Notes: a model not told the origin generated them from the letters alone. Counted from the stretch's first letter, positions 1-11,075 are shown. The stretch: 64,000 nt of DNA from Patescibacteria group bacterium (GCA_004321885.1 SCQK01000007.1:96001-160000), one strand, 5' to 3'. A program made the numbers and translations.

Positions 1-3000
1 AGGTGTCGCGGCCGCGGTAAATGTTGTCGCTTAAAACCTGGCCCGTGTATTCATGGTCAAAATCCACCCACTTTTTACAGTTGGTAATGTCGCCTTCCGC
101 GGCTTTTTCCGGGGCCTGGGCGCACCGGCCAATGCCGTCGCAGACTTCTTTGAACTTGCTTTCTTTTTCGCTCCACACGCGGTGCGATGACTTGCATTGC
201 AGCCACTCGCCGCACTCGCGGTCGCGCACCACTTTGAGCACGGTGTTGGCGTTGTTTACCCCGCCTTTCTTGGAAACATCTATGGGTTGAACCAGCGCGT
301 AATTTTTGGCCGCGCTGTCGGCATAGGTGGCGGCCGTGTCATAGAGCTTGTTTGGCCAGTCGGTTTTGTCAAATAAAACACAGCCGGCTTTTTCGCTCAC
401 TTGTCCAACGCATTCTTTAGCCGCGGATTTTAATTTTTCATCGTTGATGATGTAATAGGCCTTGTCGCTGTCGTTGTGGTCCACATACTCGGTGCAGCCG
501 CTTTGCTGAGCCGGACATTCGCCCACGAAATTTTTGTACCGGCCTTTGTCGCCGTAAGACCACAGGTCATAAAGATTCCCGGCTTTCAAATAATCCGGAT
601 AGCAGGGCGACAAATCCTTGTCAACGCATTTCGGGGTCGGGTCGGTCGGAGTTAGTGTGATGCCTTTGGCGCAATCGCTGTCGCTGACGCAATATTTTTC
701 CAGATTGGTCTTGCTGTTCCCGTCGCACTGGCCCACACCTTTCCAAAACCAGCCGCTCGCTTTATTGCCAGCTCCCCCGGGCAAGGTTACATCAGCGCGA
801 TAAGAACAAATTTTCTGCCCAATAACAACCGGGTCTTTGAAATAGACCGTGCCGTCCGGAGAATTATATTCGTCACAACCCTCGGCCTCGCTTTGGCAAA
901 GATTTTTGTCATAGCCATCGGGGTCGTTTTTTACAAGAACCGTTTCGTAAGCATCGCCAGACGGAGTGGATTTTTTCTTACCGGCGTAAGTACAGCCGAC
1001 GTCAATCTCGTTGCAGTGGGCTGATTTGTCCGCCACCAAATATATGGGCTTGTCGGCCCGGGTGTCGGGGGGAATGAAAACCGTGGAAGCGGTGACTGTT
1101 CCGCCCGCGGTTTTGATGTCAGCTAATTCATATCCAAACACATTGACATAACAGCCCTTTTCTCCGACTGGAACCTGACAGGAAAATTCCTGGCTGGCCT
1201 GGATTCCTGCTTGCGCAGGAATGACAATTTTTACCTTTGTCCCCTCGGCTCCGGACAGCCACACATTGTACGCGCGCGGGCCCGAGTCCTCGGGCGTGTT
1301 GTATGTGTCGTACAGCGCAGTACAGCCAATGGCGTTTTCGCGGCACAAATTGCTAAAGCCCGTGAGATAAAACGGCGTATTGCGGGAATTGGCGTAAGCT
1401 GAACAGCCCAGGGCTTCGCCCGGCAGATTATCCGTGGGGTCGCTGTCGCAAATCTGGTCAACCTTGAGGGTTTTTTTGACCAGATAAATATAGTCGGTAA
1501 CTTCTTTCAAAGAAATGTTGTCTAAAAATACGCTGCCGACGTTGGCAAAGGAAAAAGTAAGGCTGGCCGCGTCTGTCTCGTTGACTTCCACTGGGCCGAG
1601 ATGATAATAGCGCCAGACATCGCTGACGCTCACCGCGCCCAGCGCGAATGAGGCAGTCTTGCCCAAAGCAACCGCAAGAGTAAGCGCGCCCGAGGACTTG
1701 GCCCAGAAAGTCAAATCATAACTCTTGCCGGTTTTGAGCGCCACATCTTTTACCGCTGTGCCGGCTGTGCCGCCGCCTGAATTTAAGACAGAAAATCCCA
1801 ATGAGTGCCCGCCCGGCCTGGTTGACTCGGCAGAAATGGCAATGGAACTGTTGCCCCCCGCCCAGCCAGTCAGGGCCGCGGCCTGAACTCCGGCTTCAAA
1901 TTCTTCGTAAAACACATTGCGCGTATTGTTGCCGGCATTGCCCTTGTACTCGCGGCAGGAGTTGTGCTGGGCCTGGCACGATAGGCTGATGCCGGCGGTG
2001 TTGTAGGCCGAGCCAGGCAGGCCATAGTAAAAGCAGGCGCCGTCTTTGTATTCGCCGTTTTGAAAACAATTAGCGCCATTGTAAAATTCCGGCTCGTTTA
2101 GGCGATACGGGGCGCAGGACTTGTCCACCGGAATGGTTTTGGCCAGCAGGCGGTAATAGACCGCGCCCTTGTCATCGTTGAATTGACGGCAGTCGGCGTC
2201 GGCCGTGCCGGCCTTGTAAAGCGCTTCGCTGCATTTCGCGTCATAACCAGTCAATTCGGCCTGGGTTTTGTACCAGTACTTTGGCGCCCCGGCCGCGACC
2301 GCATCTTCCACCAGGGTGTAGGTTTTTAATTGAAACCCGCCATAGGTGGAGCCTTCGTAGGTAAAGAAAACCTTGCCCTTGTCTTTTTCGGGCAAAACGC
2401 ACGGCCGCAAATAGGAAAAAAATTCCACCTGCTCGGTAAGACCGGCCGTGGTGGTGGACAGATTGGTAAAACTAGCGCACCCGGTCGCGGCCGACGGGCA
2501 CGAGGCGCCGGAGGCAGGAATAATATAAGCCAGGTCTTGGCCGGCCGAATAATTGCTGGGCATCTCGCGATAGCTGGCATAGCCCACGCACTTGGCATCG
2601 CACTGGTCGTTCCAGGTGATTTCGCCCTCGGTAATTGTAGCGGCCGTAAACTGGCCGGGCACGCGGTCGCCTAAATAGCTTTGCGGGCTATACCAGTCGC
2701 ACCCCACTTCGCTGGGCAAACACACCTGGGCATAGTTAACGCAATCTTTCTCCGGTTTGATGTTGGTCAAGTCAGCCACGGTTTCGGGCCAGTCTGTTGG
2801 CGGGGTGCCCGGGTTGGCATCGTAGCACTTCAAATAGTACGGCGCTTTTTTTAGAGACAATTTTTCAGTGGTACTAACGGTCTTGAAAATGGCACAGCCG
2901 GCTGAATTGGCCGAACAGCCCGAGGAGCCGGAGGATAAATTTTTATTGAAATAAATCGCGGAATTTTCGCCGATAGTTAGGTCGTCTGTGTTTTGCGCCA

Positions 3001-4849
3001 GCCAGGTGGACGAGGCGGCCGGGGTCTCTGCGCTTTTTTTCAGGCTATAAGCAGAACAGCCCACATTGTCTTTTTCACAATAGCCCGTGTCCAAGGTGCG
3101 CTGTAAATAGGCTGTTTGCGCGCCCGTGGTTTTGTTGGTAAAGGCCAGACAGGTGCGGTTTTGCGGCTTGCATTGGCCCGCGTCAAAACGCCAGACATTT
3201 TTCTCGCGCGAGCAATAGCCATAGGTGGCACAGTTGCCGTCTTTGTCATAGGCCACGCACGCAGACAAGTCCACGCATTCTTCCATTCTTTCGGGGCCGT
3301 CGGCCATCAGCAGATTGGGGCCGCTGGCCAGGGCGTTACAGCGCGAGGCCGGCGCTTTCAGCACCCAGTTCGGGTCTATCAAACGGCAAAAAGGCTTATT
3401 CACCGGGTCGTTGTCAATGACTCCGGAGCTGTTTTTATTGCAGTCATTAAACCCGTCCACCACTTGTTTTAATGTCCAAGGCTTGTCCGGATTGCTGTTT
3501 AAGGCCGCGATTTCAAAACCAAGCGGCAGGACGCGCGCCTTGCGCAGTTTTTTGATGTTGGAATAGCAGTAGGCCTGCTGATAACAGGCACGGTCCGTGT
3601 CTAAGGAATTATCCGGCGGAATCAGCTTCCAGTCGCCGTGCAGGCCCGGCCCGCCGGCTCCTCTTTGCAGGGCTTCGGCAATGGTGAGGGGCTTGCCGCC
3701 GCTGGCCTCCTGGGCCGCGCCCACCAGGCCCTCGTCGGCCGCGCAATTGTTTTGCGCCGGAGATTCCGGACAGCTGGAGAGCTCGGCCAGGATGTTGTAG
3801 CGCTCTTGCACCGTGGTTTTGGGCGTGAGCAATTCGCTGTACATTGTCTCGGCTTGGCGGCGGTCGCTTTGCCCGCCCACCGCGATAAAGTTCTCCGCGC
3901 TTGGACCGGCGCCGCCACCGCCGCCCTCATCGTAGCCGATGCCAAACGGAAACATGCCCTTGGACAGAAAATTTTTCACCATTTCCCCGGCCAGGGTGTT
4001 TAAGAACATTGAGATGGTGGAAGGAATAATTTGGAAAGTGCCTGAACCAATGGCCTGGCCCGCCATTTGCTGGCTCATTTTTTGCTGTTCCGATGGGGTC
4101 AAATTTTCCATTGTTTTTTTGGTGGCCTGGGCCGGCGTTTTTATTGCTCCGGAAATTAAAGACTCCACTCCCTTCATACCCTGACCCTCCTGGCGCTTCA
4201 AAAGAGCTTCATTTTTTTCTTCCATTATTATATTATCTATTTTCGCCCTTGAATCCATGTAAAGGCCGAGGTCGGTTTCTTCCACTTTAAGCGAGGCGTT
4301 GAAAACCTGGTCAAAGTTGCCCTCGGCCAGACCGCCGTAGCGGCTTTTCCAGGCCTCGCCGCCCCAATTTTTGACAAAGGAATTGAAATCGCAGGCCGGT
4401 TTGGCCGGTTCGCCATATTGAAATTTCAGCCCGATGCGAAAAGCCAGGTCAATTTTTATGTCCGGAATTTTGCACAAATTCAAACCAAGGGGCTTGCCCA
4501 ATTCTTCTATGGCCTTGCCAAACGCGTTGCCCCCGACGTTTTTCATATAGCTTCCCCAGCCGTCTTTGAAAGCCAGGCCGCTTTGGCCCTTGCCCCCGGC
4601 GGCCAGATACACAGCCGTGTCATAAGCAATTTTGCGCATGAAATATGAGGTAGCTTGCATGGCCGCGCTCATCACAGCCACCTGGGTGCCCTTTATTATT
4701 TTATCTTTTATTTGTTTGGCCAAATCCGGAATGTCTTTGGTGATAATGGCGGGCCACGCGGCTTGGGCCGTGCGCGGAAACAAAAAAGAACCGGCGAGGG
4801 TGGTAGCCAGCAGAATTACTGCAAGTATTGTGGCGCTGATTTTTTTCAT
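1..4849 (-). CDS. Very large secreted Cys/Asp/Gly-rich protein (partial; continues beyond window start; >1616 aa)
   Basis: Minus-strand frame open from the ATG at 4847-4849 to the window edge; no stop-terminated ORF is listed in this frame and I checked by hand that codons at both ends are stop-free. N-terminus MKKISATILAVILLATTLAGSFLFPRTAQA/AWP is a signal peptide. Many Cys residues and no recognisable enzymatic motif. Confidence 0.6.
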   Translation of the reverse strand, partial: MKKISATILAVILLATTLAGSFLFPRTAQAAWPAIITKDIPDLAKQIKDKIIKGTQVAVMSAAMQATSYFMRKIAYDTAVYLAAGGKGQSGLAFKDGWGSYMKNVGGNAFGKAIEELGKPLGLNLCKIPDIKIDLAFRIGLKFQYGEPAKPACDFNSFVKNWGGEAWKSRYGGLAEGNFDQVFNASLKVEETDLGLYMDSRAKIDNIIMEEKNEALLKRQEGQGMKGVESLISGAIKTPAQATKKTMENLTPSEQQKMSQQMAGQAIGSGTFQIIPSTISMFLNTLAGEMVKNFLSKGMFPFGIGYDEGGGGGAGPSAENFIAVGGQSDRRQAETMYSELLTPKTTVQERYNILAELSSCPESPAQNNCAADEGLVGAAQEASGGKPLTIAEALQRGAGGPGLHGDWKLIPPDNSLDTDRACYQQAYCYSNIKKLRKARVLPLGFEIAALNSNPDKPWTLKQVVDGFNDCNKNSSGVIDNDPVNKPFCRLIDPNWVLKAPASRCNALASGPNLLMADGPERMEECVDLSACVAYDKDGNCATYGYCSREKNVWRFDAGQCKPQNRTCLAFTNKTTGAQTAYLQRTLDTGYCEKDNVGCSAYSLKKSAETPAASSTWLAQNTDDLTIGENSAIYFNKNLSSGSSGCSANSAGCAIFKTVSTTEKLSLKKAPYYLKCYDANPGTPPTDWPETVADLTNIKPEKDCVNYAQVCLPSEVGCDWYSPQSYLGDRVPGQFTAATITEGEITWNDQCDAKCVGYASYREMPSNYSAGQDLAYIIPASGASCPSAATGCASFTNLSTTTAGLTEQVEFFSYLRPCVLPEKDKGKVFFTYEGSTYGGFQLKTYTLVEDAVAAGAPKYWYKTQAELTGYDAKCSEALYKAGTADADCRQFNDDKGAVYYRLLAKTIPVDKSCAPYRLNEPEFYNGANCFQNGEYKDGACFYYGLPGSAYNTAGISLSCQAQHNSCREYKGNAGNNTRNVFYEEFEAGVQAAALTGWAGGNSSIAISAESTRPGGHSLGFSVLNSGGGTAGTAVKDVALKTGKSYDLTFWAKSSGALTLAVALGKTASFALGAVSVSDVWRYYHLGPVEVNETDAASLTFSFANVGSVFLDNISLKEVTDYIYLVKKTLKVDQICDSDPTDNLPGEALGCSAYANSRNTPFYLTGFSNLCRENAIGCTALYDTYNTPEDSGPRAYNVWLSGAEGTKVKIVIPAQAGIQASQEFSCQVPVGEKGCYVNVFGYELADIKTAGGTVTASTVFIPPDTRADKPIYLVADKSAHCNEIDVGCTYAGKKKSTPSGDAYETVLVKNDPDGYDKNLCQSEAEGCDEYNSPDGTVYFKDPVVIGQKICSYRADVTLPGGAGNKASGWFWKGVGQCDGNSKTNLEKYCVSDSDCAKGITLTPTDPTPKCVDKDLSPCYPDYLKAGNLYDLWSYGDKGRYKNFVGECPAQQSGCTEYVDHNDSDKAYYIINDEKLKSAAKECVGQVSEKAGCVLFDKTDWPNKLYDTAATYADSAAKNYALVQPIDVSKKGGVNNANTVLKVVRDRECGEWLQCKSSHRVWSEKESKFKEVCDGIGRCAQAPEKAAEGDITNCKKWVDFDHEYTGQVLSDNIYRGRDT

Positions 4850-4852
4850 ACA

Positions 4853-4937
4853 TTTGTCATTGCGAGGAGTGGAGCGACGAAGCAATCCCTTGCGTTATGT
4901 CTGGGATTGCTTCGGCCTTTCAGGCCTCGCAATGACA
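4853..4937. repeat. Family B MITE-like element (gtcattgcgagg...cctcgcaatgac, ~80 bp), intergenic copy
   Basis: Terminal inverted repeats gtcattgcgagg / cctcgcaatgac with an internal gggattgcttcg motif; further copies at 19833-19915, 20934-21008, 22239-22313, 36107-36197 and 59758-59838. Confidence 0.8.
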
Positions 4938-5561
4938 CTATTGTTTTAACATACTCGCCGCGGCGCTCGTGGTGGAATTCATTATTTCTTGCACTGTGGC
5001 GAGCAAGTCATTGTCGGAAATTTTATCCAATATGTCTTTGTCCATCCCGGCCGCTGTCAGCATTTCGCGCAATTGCTTGGGGTCGCTTAGGGCCTTGTTG
5101 ATATCAAGCAAAGCCGTGCTTGTGGCCGGCGGTTCGGCCCCCAAAGCCGCGGGCGCGGCCGGCAAGGCCTCGCCGGCGCTCATCAGAGAACAATCTTTGC
5201 CCTCGGCGCAATTTGGATTGGCGCCCTTGTCAATCTCTTGTTTGTCGCTGGCGCCGTCGGAATCGCTGTCGGCCAAATACGGGCTGGTTTGATAAATATA
5301 CAGCTCATCAAAATCGTTTAAGCCATCTTTGTCTGTGTCGCGAAAACGCAGGGTTTCTATGCTAATCGTGTCGTGCGCTTGAAAAGGAGGAATTTTGCTG
5401 TTTAAGGCAAACGGCGCCAGCATGGTATTGCGCAACTGCAAATAGCCAAGCCCCACGGCGAGAAGCGCAAAAATAGATAGCAGTAACAACCCTATCTTTT
5501 GGTGTCTGGATAAGTGTTTTTGAAAATCTACCGGCGATTGTTCGTCCGGCATAGTAATCAT
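4938..5561 (-). CDS. Membrane-anchored protein with calcium-binding (thrombospondin type 3-like DxDxDG) repeats
   Basis: N-terminal TM helix (IGLLLLSIFALLAVGLGYL) and motifs DTDKDGLNDFDE and DSDSDGASDKQE; a similar motif pair occurs in the L,D-transpeptidase at 16668-17306. Confidence 0.5.
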   Translation of the reverse strand: MITMPDEQSPVDFQKHLSRHQKIGLLLLSIFALLAVGLGYLQLRNTMLAPFALNSKIPPFQAHDTISIETLRFRDTDKDGLNDFDELYIYQTSPYLADSDSDGASDKQEIDKGANPNCAEGKDCSLMSAGEALPAAPAALGAEPPATSTALLDINKALSDPKQLREMLTAAGMDKDILDKISDNDLLATVQEIMNSTTSAAASMLKQ

Positions 5562-5564
5562 CTG

Positions 5565-5628
5565 TCATGCTGAACTTGTTTCAGCATCTCCACTGGGGAT
5601 CCTGAAACAAGTTCAGGATGACAATGGT
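5565..5628. repeat. Family F palindromic repeat (ggatcctgaaacaagttcaggatgac)
   Basis: Inverted repeat ctgaacttgtttcag flanked by gtcat/atgac; copies at 13718-13748 (inside a CDS), 43140-43175 and within 61545-61590. Confidence 0.7.
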
Positions 5629-5636
5629 TTACATTA

Positions 5637-6662
5637 TTATACCACAAAATTGTCTCGCAGTAATGTGGATAACTGTTTCCACTGCTCTACGGATAATTCT
5701 TGAGCGCGAATGTTTGGGCCAATACCCATTTCAGTAAAAATTTTTTCCAATTTTTCTTTAGCGCCCTCATTGTCATTCCCCCGACTAAGTACGGGGGAAT
5801 CCAGCAACGGCTGTAAATTCTTTATCAATAATTTGCGTTTTTGCGCGAATCCGGCTTTGACCACTTTGAAGAACCACTGTTCATTGTCATCATCGCTGTC
5901 ATCGCTGGCTCCATAGTCCCCCAAAGGGGGCTGTGGAGCCAGAGTGCCGGCCGACATCACGGCTCCATAATCCCGGTCGCCTGCGGCGACCGTGGAACTA
6001 TGGAGCCAGCGATGTTGCTCCATTCCTCGCAATGACAATTTTATCACCGCGCTGTCCACCTTGGGTTCGGGCCAAAAAAATGTTTTCGGCACTTTCATTA
6101 TTATTTCCGGCTCGGCGTAATATTGAACGGAAACAGCAAGCAAAGACATATCCCCCGGCCCAGCGCAAATTCTTTCGGCCACTTCTTTTTGCACCATGAG
6201 TACCATCACGGACGGACTGTCCGCTTCTCCCGCAACAGCGGGATCCCGCTCGCCGCGGGACAAAAATTTACGCAACACGTTGGAAGTGATTTGATACGGC
6301 AGATTGGCCACAACTTTGTATTCTTTATTCCCCATTCCTAATTCTCTATTTTTCAACACATTTCCCCACGCAATTTCCACGTTCTTATGTTTCTTCACTT
6401 GCTCTTCCCAATACGGCTGGAGTTTTTTTTCAATTTCATAGGCAATGACTTTGCCGGCGCGCTCGGCCAGCGCAAAGGTGAGCGCGCCAAAACCCGGGCC
6501 GATTTCAACCACCGTGTCTTTTTTGGAAATTTCCGCCGCCGCGAGCATCTTTTCTATTGGCTCTTCGCGCAACAAAAAATTCTGCCCGTATCGTTTGCTG
6601 GGAGTGAGGCGATACTTGGAGCAGAGATATTTTAAGTGTGAGGTAGCAAATAAGATGGACAT
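5637..6662 (-). CDS. rsmA: 16S rRNA (adenine1518/1519-N6)-dimethyltransferase RsmA/KsgA, carrying three in-frame repeat insertions
   Basis: GQNFL start motif, SAM-binding VVEIGPGFGALT, NLPYQITS and VLMVQKEVAERI motifs. The C-terminal half contains repeat-derived segments (family E about 5925-6035, family A 5771-5804). Confidence 0.85.
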   Translation of the reverse strand: MSILFATSHLKYLCSKYRLTPSKRYGQNFLLREEPIEKMLAAAEISKKDTVVEIGPGFGALTFALAERAGKVIAYEIEKKLQPYWEEQVKKHKNVEIAWGNVLKNRELGMGNKEYKVVANLPYQITSNVLRKFLSRGERDPAVAGEADSPSVMVLMVQKEVAERICAGPGDMSLLAVSVQYYAEPEIIMKVPKTFFWPEPKVDSAVIKLSLRGMEQHRWLHSSTVAAGDRDYGAVMSAGTLAPQPPLGDYGASDDSDDDNEQWFFKVVKAGFAQKRKLLIKNLQPLLDSPVLSRGNDNEGAKEKLEKIFTEMGIGPNIRAQELSVEQWKQLSTLLRDNFVV

Positions 6663-6752
6663 AAGCGATAGGCGATATTCACTTTGCCCCGCCCTTCAAC
6701 CAGCAATCCGAAATATACCTATTAATAAAACTTTTGATATTGAACCATACTT

Positions 6753-7376
6753 CTATCGCTTATCGCTTATCTTCACGCACCCTTGCCTGATAATTTTAAT
6801 TTTTTCAAACTTCACGCTTACTATCGTACTTGGTTTTCTGCGCGGCAGTTTGCCGGCGTCCAGCAAAAAATCCGGCGCGTATTTTTTGCCGGCGAACTTT
6901 TTTATGATATCGCTACTATTATATATATCCCCTTCTCCGCCTATATTGGCCGAGGTGGCGACGAGCGGCCGGCCGAGCGCGGCGCATAATTTTTTGGCCA
7001 ATGGATGCGACGTGACGCGCAGGGCGAGGGTGTTGTTTGATACGACACCGGCGGCCAGACGAAAAGGGATTCCTCGCCGCGCTCGGAATGACAATGAAGC
7101 GACAATCGTGAGCGGGTCGTGCCAATATTGTTTTGCCAATTTTCCAATCGTCTTGTTCCAAACTAAATATTCTTTCGCCATGGCGACAGAAGACGCGACA
7201 ACCAAAAGCGGTTTGCTCTTTGGCCGCTTTTTTATCTTAAAAATTTTATCCACTGCTTTTTGATTCGCCGCGTCGCAACCCAAACCATACGAGGTCTCGG
7301 TGGGGAAAACGACAATTTGACCACTCTTCAAGGCAATAAAAATTTTTTCTATCTCACTTTTTTTCAAGATTATCAT
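6753..7376 (-). CDS. tsaC: L-threonylcarbamoyladenylate synthase (TsaC/YrdC/Sua5 family)
   Basis: YrdC-fold motifs VFPTETSYGLGCDA and LLVATSANIGGEG; contains a short repeat-derived insert (gggattcctcgccgcgctcggaatgaca around 7060-7095). Confidence 0.8.
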   Translation of the reverse strand: MIILKKSEIEKIFIALKSGQIVVFPTETSYGLGCDAANQKAVDKIFKIKKRPKSKPLLVVASSVAMAKEYLVWNKTIGKLAKQYWHDPLTIVASLSFRARRGIPFRLAAGVVSNNTLALRVTSHPLAKKLCAALGRPLVATSANIGGEGDIYNSSDIIKKFAGKKYAPDFLLDAGKLPRRKPSTIVSVKFEKIKIIRQGCVKISDKR

Positions 7377-7436
7377 AATCGATTAGATAAGCGATACGCG
7401 ATAGGCGAAGAGCAAATATCGCATATCGCTTATCGC

Positions 7437-8507
7437 TTATTTTTTAATCCACCTCAAATACGCCTCGCAGAGCGGCAGCAGCTCCCCTTCCAGCACCCCC
7501 TCAGGGTCGCTGGATTCGTACTCGGTGCGGTGGTCTTTTACCATGTGATAGGGGTGCAAAACATACGAGCGTATCTGATTCCCCCACTCGGCCGATTTAT
7601 ACTCCCCGCGCAATTCCTGTTTTTCTTTCGCCAGCTTCTCCTGCTCCAGCCGGTGCAGTTTCGCTTTCAAAACCTTCATGGCCGTTTCCTTATTCTGTTG
7701 TTGCGAGCGTTCGTTCTGGCACTGCACGCTGATGCCGGTGGGCGCGTGCACAATGCGCACGGCTGAATAAGTGGTGTTGACGCTTTGGCCCCCGTGCCCG
7801 CCGGACATAAAAGTATCAATGCGCAAATCCTTGGGGTCAATGGCAATTCTTACATCCTCGTCCAACTCGGGCAAAACCTCCACCAGGGCGAAAGAAGTGT
7901 GGCGCATTTTCTCGGCGTCAAAAGGCGAAATGCGCACCAGCCGGTGCACGCCGTGTTCGGATTTTAGATAGCCATAGCCGTAGCGGCCTTTCACTTCAAA
8001 CATGACTGACTTAAAGCCGGCTTCGGCCCCGCGCGATTCTTCCAATACTTTTGTTTTCCAGCCGCGCTTTTCGCAAAAACGCAGCAGCATGCGCGTGAGC
8101 ATGGCGGCCCAGTCCTGGGCCTCGGTGCCGCCGCTGCCGGCATGTATGGCAACGATGGCGTTGTTCTTGTCATAAAGGCCGGAGAGCAGTAAATAAAATT
8201 CATACTCGGTGAAATCTTTTTCCAACTGCGCGGTTTGCTTTTCCACTTCTTCGGTTAGCGAATCATCGGCCGAGAGTTCAAGCAAATCATCGGCCTTGTT
8301 TTCTATCTGTTCCCACTTTTCCAATTCTTTTTTTATGTCCTGGTAATCCTGCGCCACGGCCTGGGCGTTTTCCTGGTCGCGCCAAAAATCCGGCGCCTCC
8401 ATTTGCGCCGCCAGCTTTTCGGACTTTTTTTTCAGCTCATTTAGTTTCAACAATTTTTTTGTCCGCCCTATTTTTTCTTTTAATTCCGATAATTTTTTAC
8501 TAACCAT
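7437..8507 (-). CDS. prfB: Peptide chain release factor 2 (uninterrupted ORF, no programmed frameshift)
   Basis: GGQ motif (MSGGHGGQSVNTT), SPF tripeptide typical of RF2 and RF-1 domain signature RIVHAPTGISVQCQNERSQ; a continuous 356-aa ORF. Confidence 0.85.
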   Translation of the reverse strand: MVSKKLSELKEKIGRTKKLLKLNELKKKSEKLAAQMEAPDFWRDQENAQAVAQDYQDIKKELEKWEQIENKADDLLELSADDSLTEEVEKQTAQLEKDFTEYEFYLLLSGLYDKNNAIVAIHAGSGGTEAQDWAAMLTRMLLRFCEKRGWKTKVLEESRGAEAGFKSVMFEVKGRYGYGYLKSEHGVHRLVRISPFDAEKMRHTSFALVEVLPELDEDVRIAIDPKDLRIDTFMSGGHGGQSVNTTYSAVRIVHAPTGISVQCQNERSQQQNKETAMKVLKAKLHRLEQEKLAKEKQELRGEYKSAEWGNQIRSYVLHPYHMVKDHRTEYESSDPEGVLEGELLPLCEAYLRWIKK

Positions 8508-8528
8508 AGAATAACTGACGGAATTTTT

Positions 8529-9014
8529 TTAAAAAATTTTATCCAGCCCGACGGTCAAAACCGCGATTACCAGATTGGCGATAACCGTACCGACAAAAAG
8601 ATAAGGCCATGATTTTTTGAAAGGCAAACCGAGAATAAAAGCGATGAGCGAAGCCGTATAGCCGCCGTTTACCGGCAGAGGAATGGCCATAAAAATCAAA
8701 AGGCCTATAAGTTCGTATTTTTGATAACGGGCAAATTTTTTTTGCGCATGGGCCAGCGCCTTCAGCCACGCTTTGCCAAAAAATCCGGAATTCTGCGAAA
8801 CCCATTTGTGAAATTTGTCGGCCACCAGCAGAATCGCCGTAATCGGAATCATATTTCCCGCGATAATCAAAATCATCGCTTCCCAAACGGGCAAGCGATA
8901 CGCGACTATCGCCACCGGCAAAGCCACTCTTTCCACGAGCGGCAAAGCGGACATGATGATAGTAGCCAGAACCGGCGGAAACGAGGAAAAAAAATGGATG
9001 AATGCTTGAGTCAT
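8529..9014 (-). CDS. Small integral membrane protein (COG2426 / small multidrug export-like)
   Basis: Four predicted TM helices across 161 aa; N-terminal LPLVERVALPVAIVA motif resembles the small multidrug export family. Product assignment is tentative. Confidence 0.45.
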   Translation of the reverse strand: MTQAFIHFFSSFPPVLATIIMSALPLVERVALPVAIVAYRLPVWEAMILIIAGNMIPITAILLVADKFHKWVSQNSGFFGKAWLKALAHAQKKFARYQKYELIGLLIFMAIPLPVNGGYTASLIAFILGLPFKKSWPYLFVGTVIANLVIAVLTVGLDKIF

Positions 9015-9055
9015 AAATCATGGCGACAGACCCATCATACATCAAAATATCCATA

Positions 9056-9084
9056 TTGACAATCAGGAACGATTGCCATACTAT
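9056..9084 (+). promoter_or_regulatory. Sigma70-like promoter (TTGACA-17-TACTAT)
   Basis: ttgaca at 9056-9061, a 17-nt spacer, tactat at 9079-9084; an AGGAGG Shine-Dalgarno at 9111-9116 follows, upstream of the small ORF at 9123. Confidence 0.5.
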
Positions 9085-9122
9085 ATTTGAAACTCAAGGC
9101 TCATTCCCCCAAGGAGGGATTA

Positions 9123-9287
9123 TATGAAAACTCTGTTGTGGGTGATAATGATGGGCGGGCCATTTCTGATTCTGTGTAAGGACAGGTGGCTCATCTTCGT
9201 TGGCGCCATGATTATCGGCGCCTGGATTGTCGGCATTCTGGGTGCGGGCGTGGCCAGCGGACGCTCGCCGCAAGACCCGGAATAGTC
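9123..9287 (+). CDS. Small hydrophobic membrane protein (54 aa)
   Basis: ATG preceded by aaggaggg; translation MKTLLWVIMMGGPFLILCKDRWLIFVGAMIIGAWIVGILGAGVASGRSPQDPE. It has its own promoter and terminator; not in the ORF track because it is under 60 aa. Confidence 0.45.
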
Positions 9288-9299
9288 TCTATCGTTCGT

Positions 9300-9330
9300 G
9301 CCTCGCGCCACCCCGCGAGGCGTTTTTTTT
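9300..9330 (+). terminator. Rho-independent terminator
   Basis: 8-bp GC stem gcctcgcg/cgcgaggc with loop ccaccc, followed by eight T. Confidence 0.6.
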
Positions 9331-9342
9331 AAATAAATATCC

Positions 9343-9368
9343 CTCCCCTTCTAGGGGAGGGATAGGGG
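9343..9368. repeat. Family D GGGGAGGG hairpin (ccctcccct-tcta-ggggaggg), probable terminator of groEL
   Basis: Perfect short palindrome immediately after the groEL stop on the minus strand; the family has more than 20 copies in the window. Confidence 0.7.
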
Positions 9369-9395
9369 GGAAGAGCGCCTTGTTTTCTGCTCTTG

Positions 9396-11066
<1,671 letters not shown>

Positions 11067-11075
11067 CATTAATTT

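Noticed and set aside
8539-9054. Alternative-frame 171-aa ORF overlapping the membrane protein gene
   Set aside because: Same strand, different frame; Arg/Gly/Ser-rich with no TM or motif; the 161-aa frame gives a coherent four-TM membrane protein.
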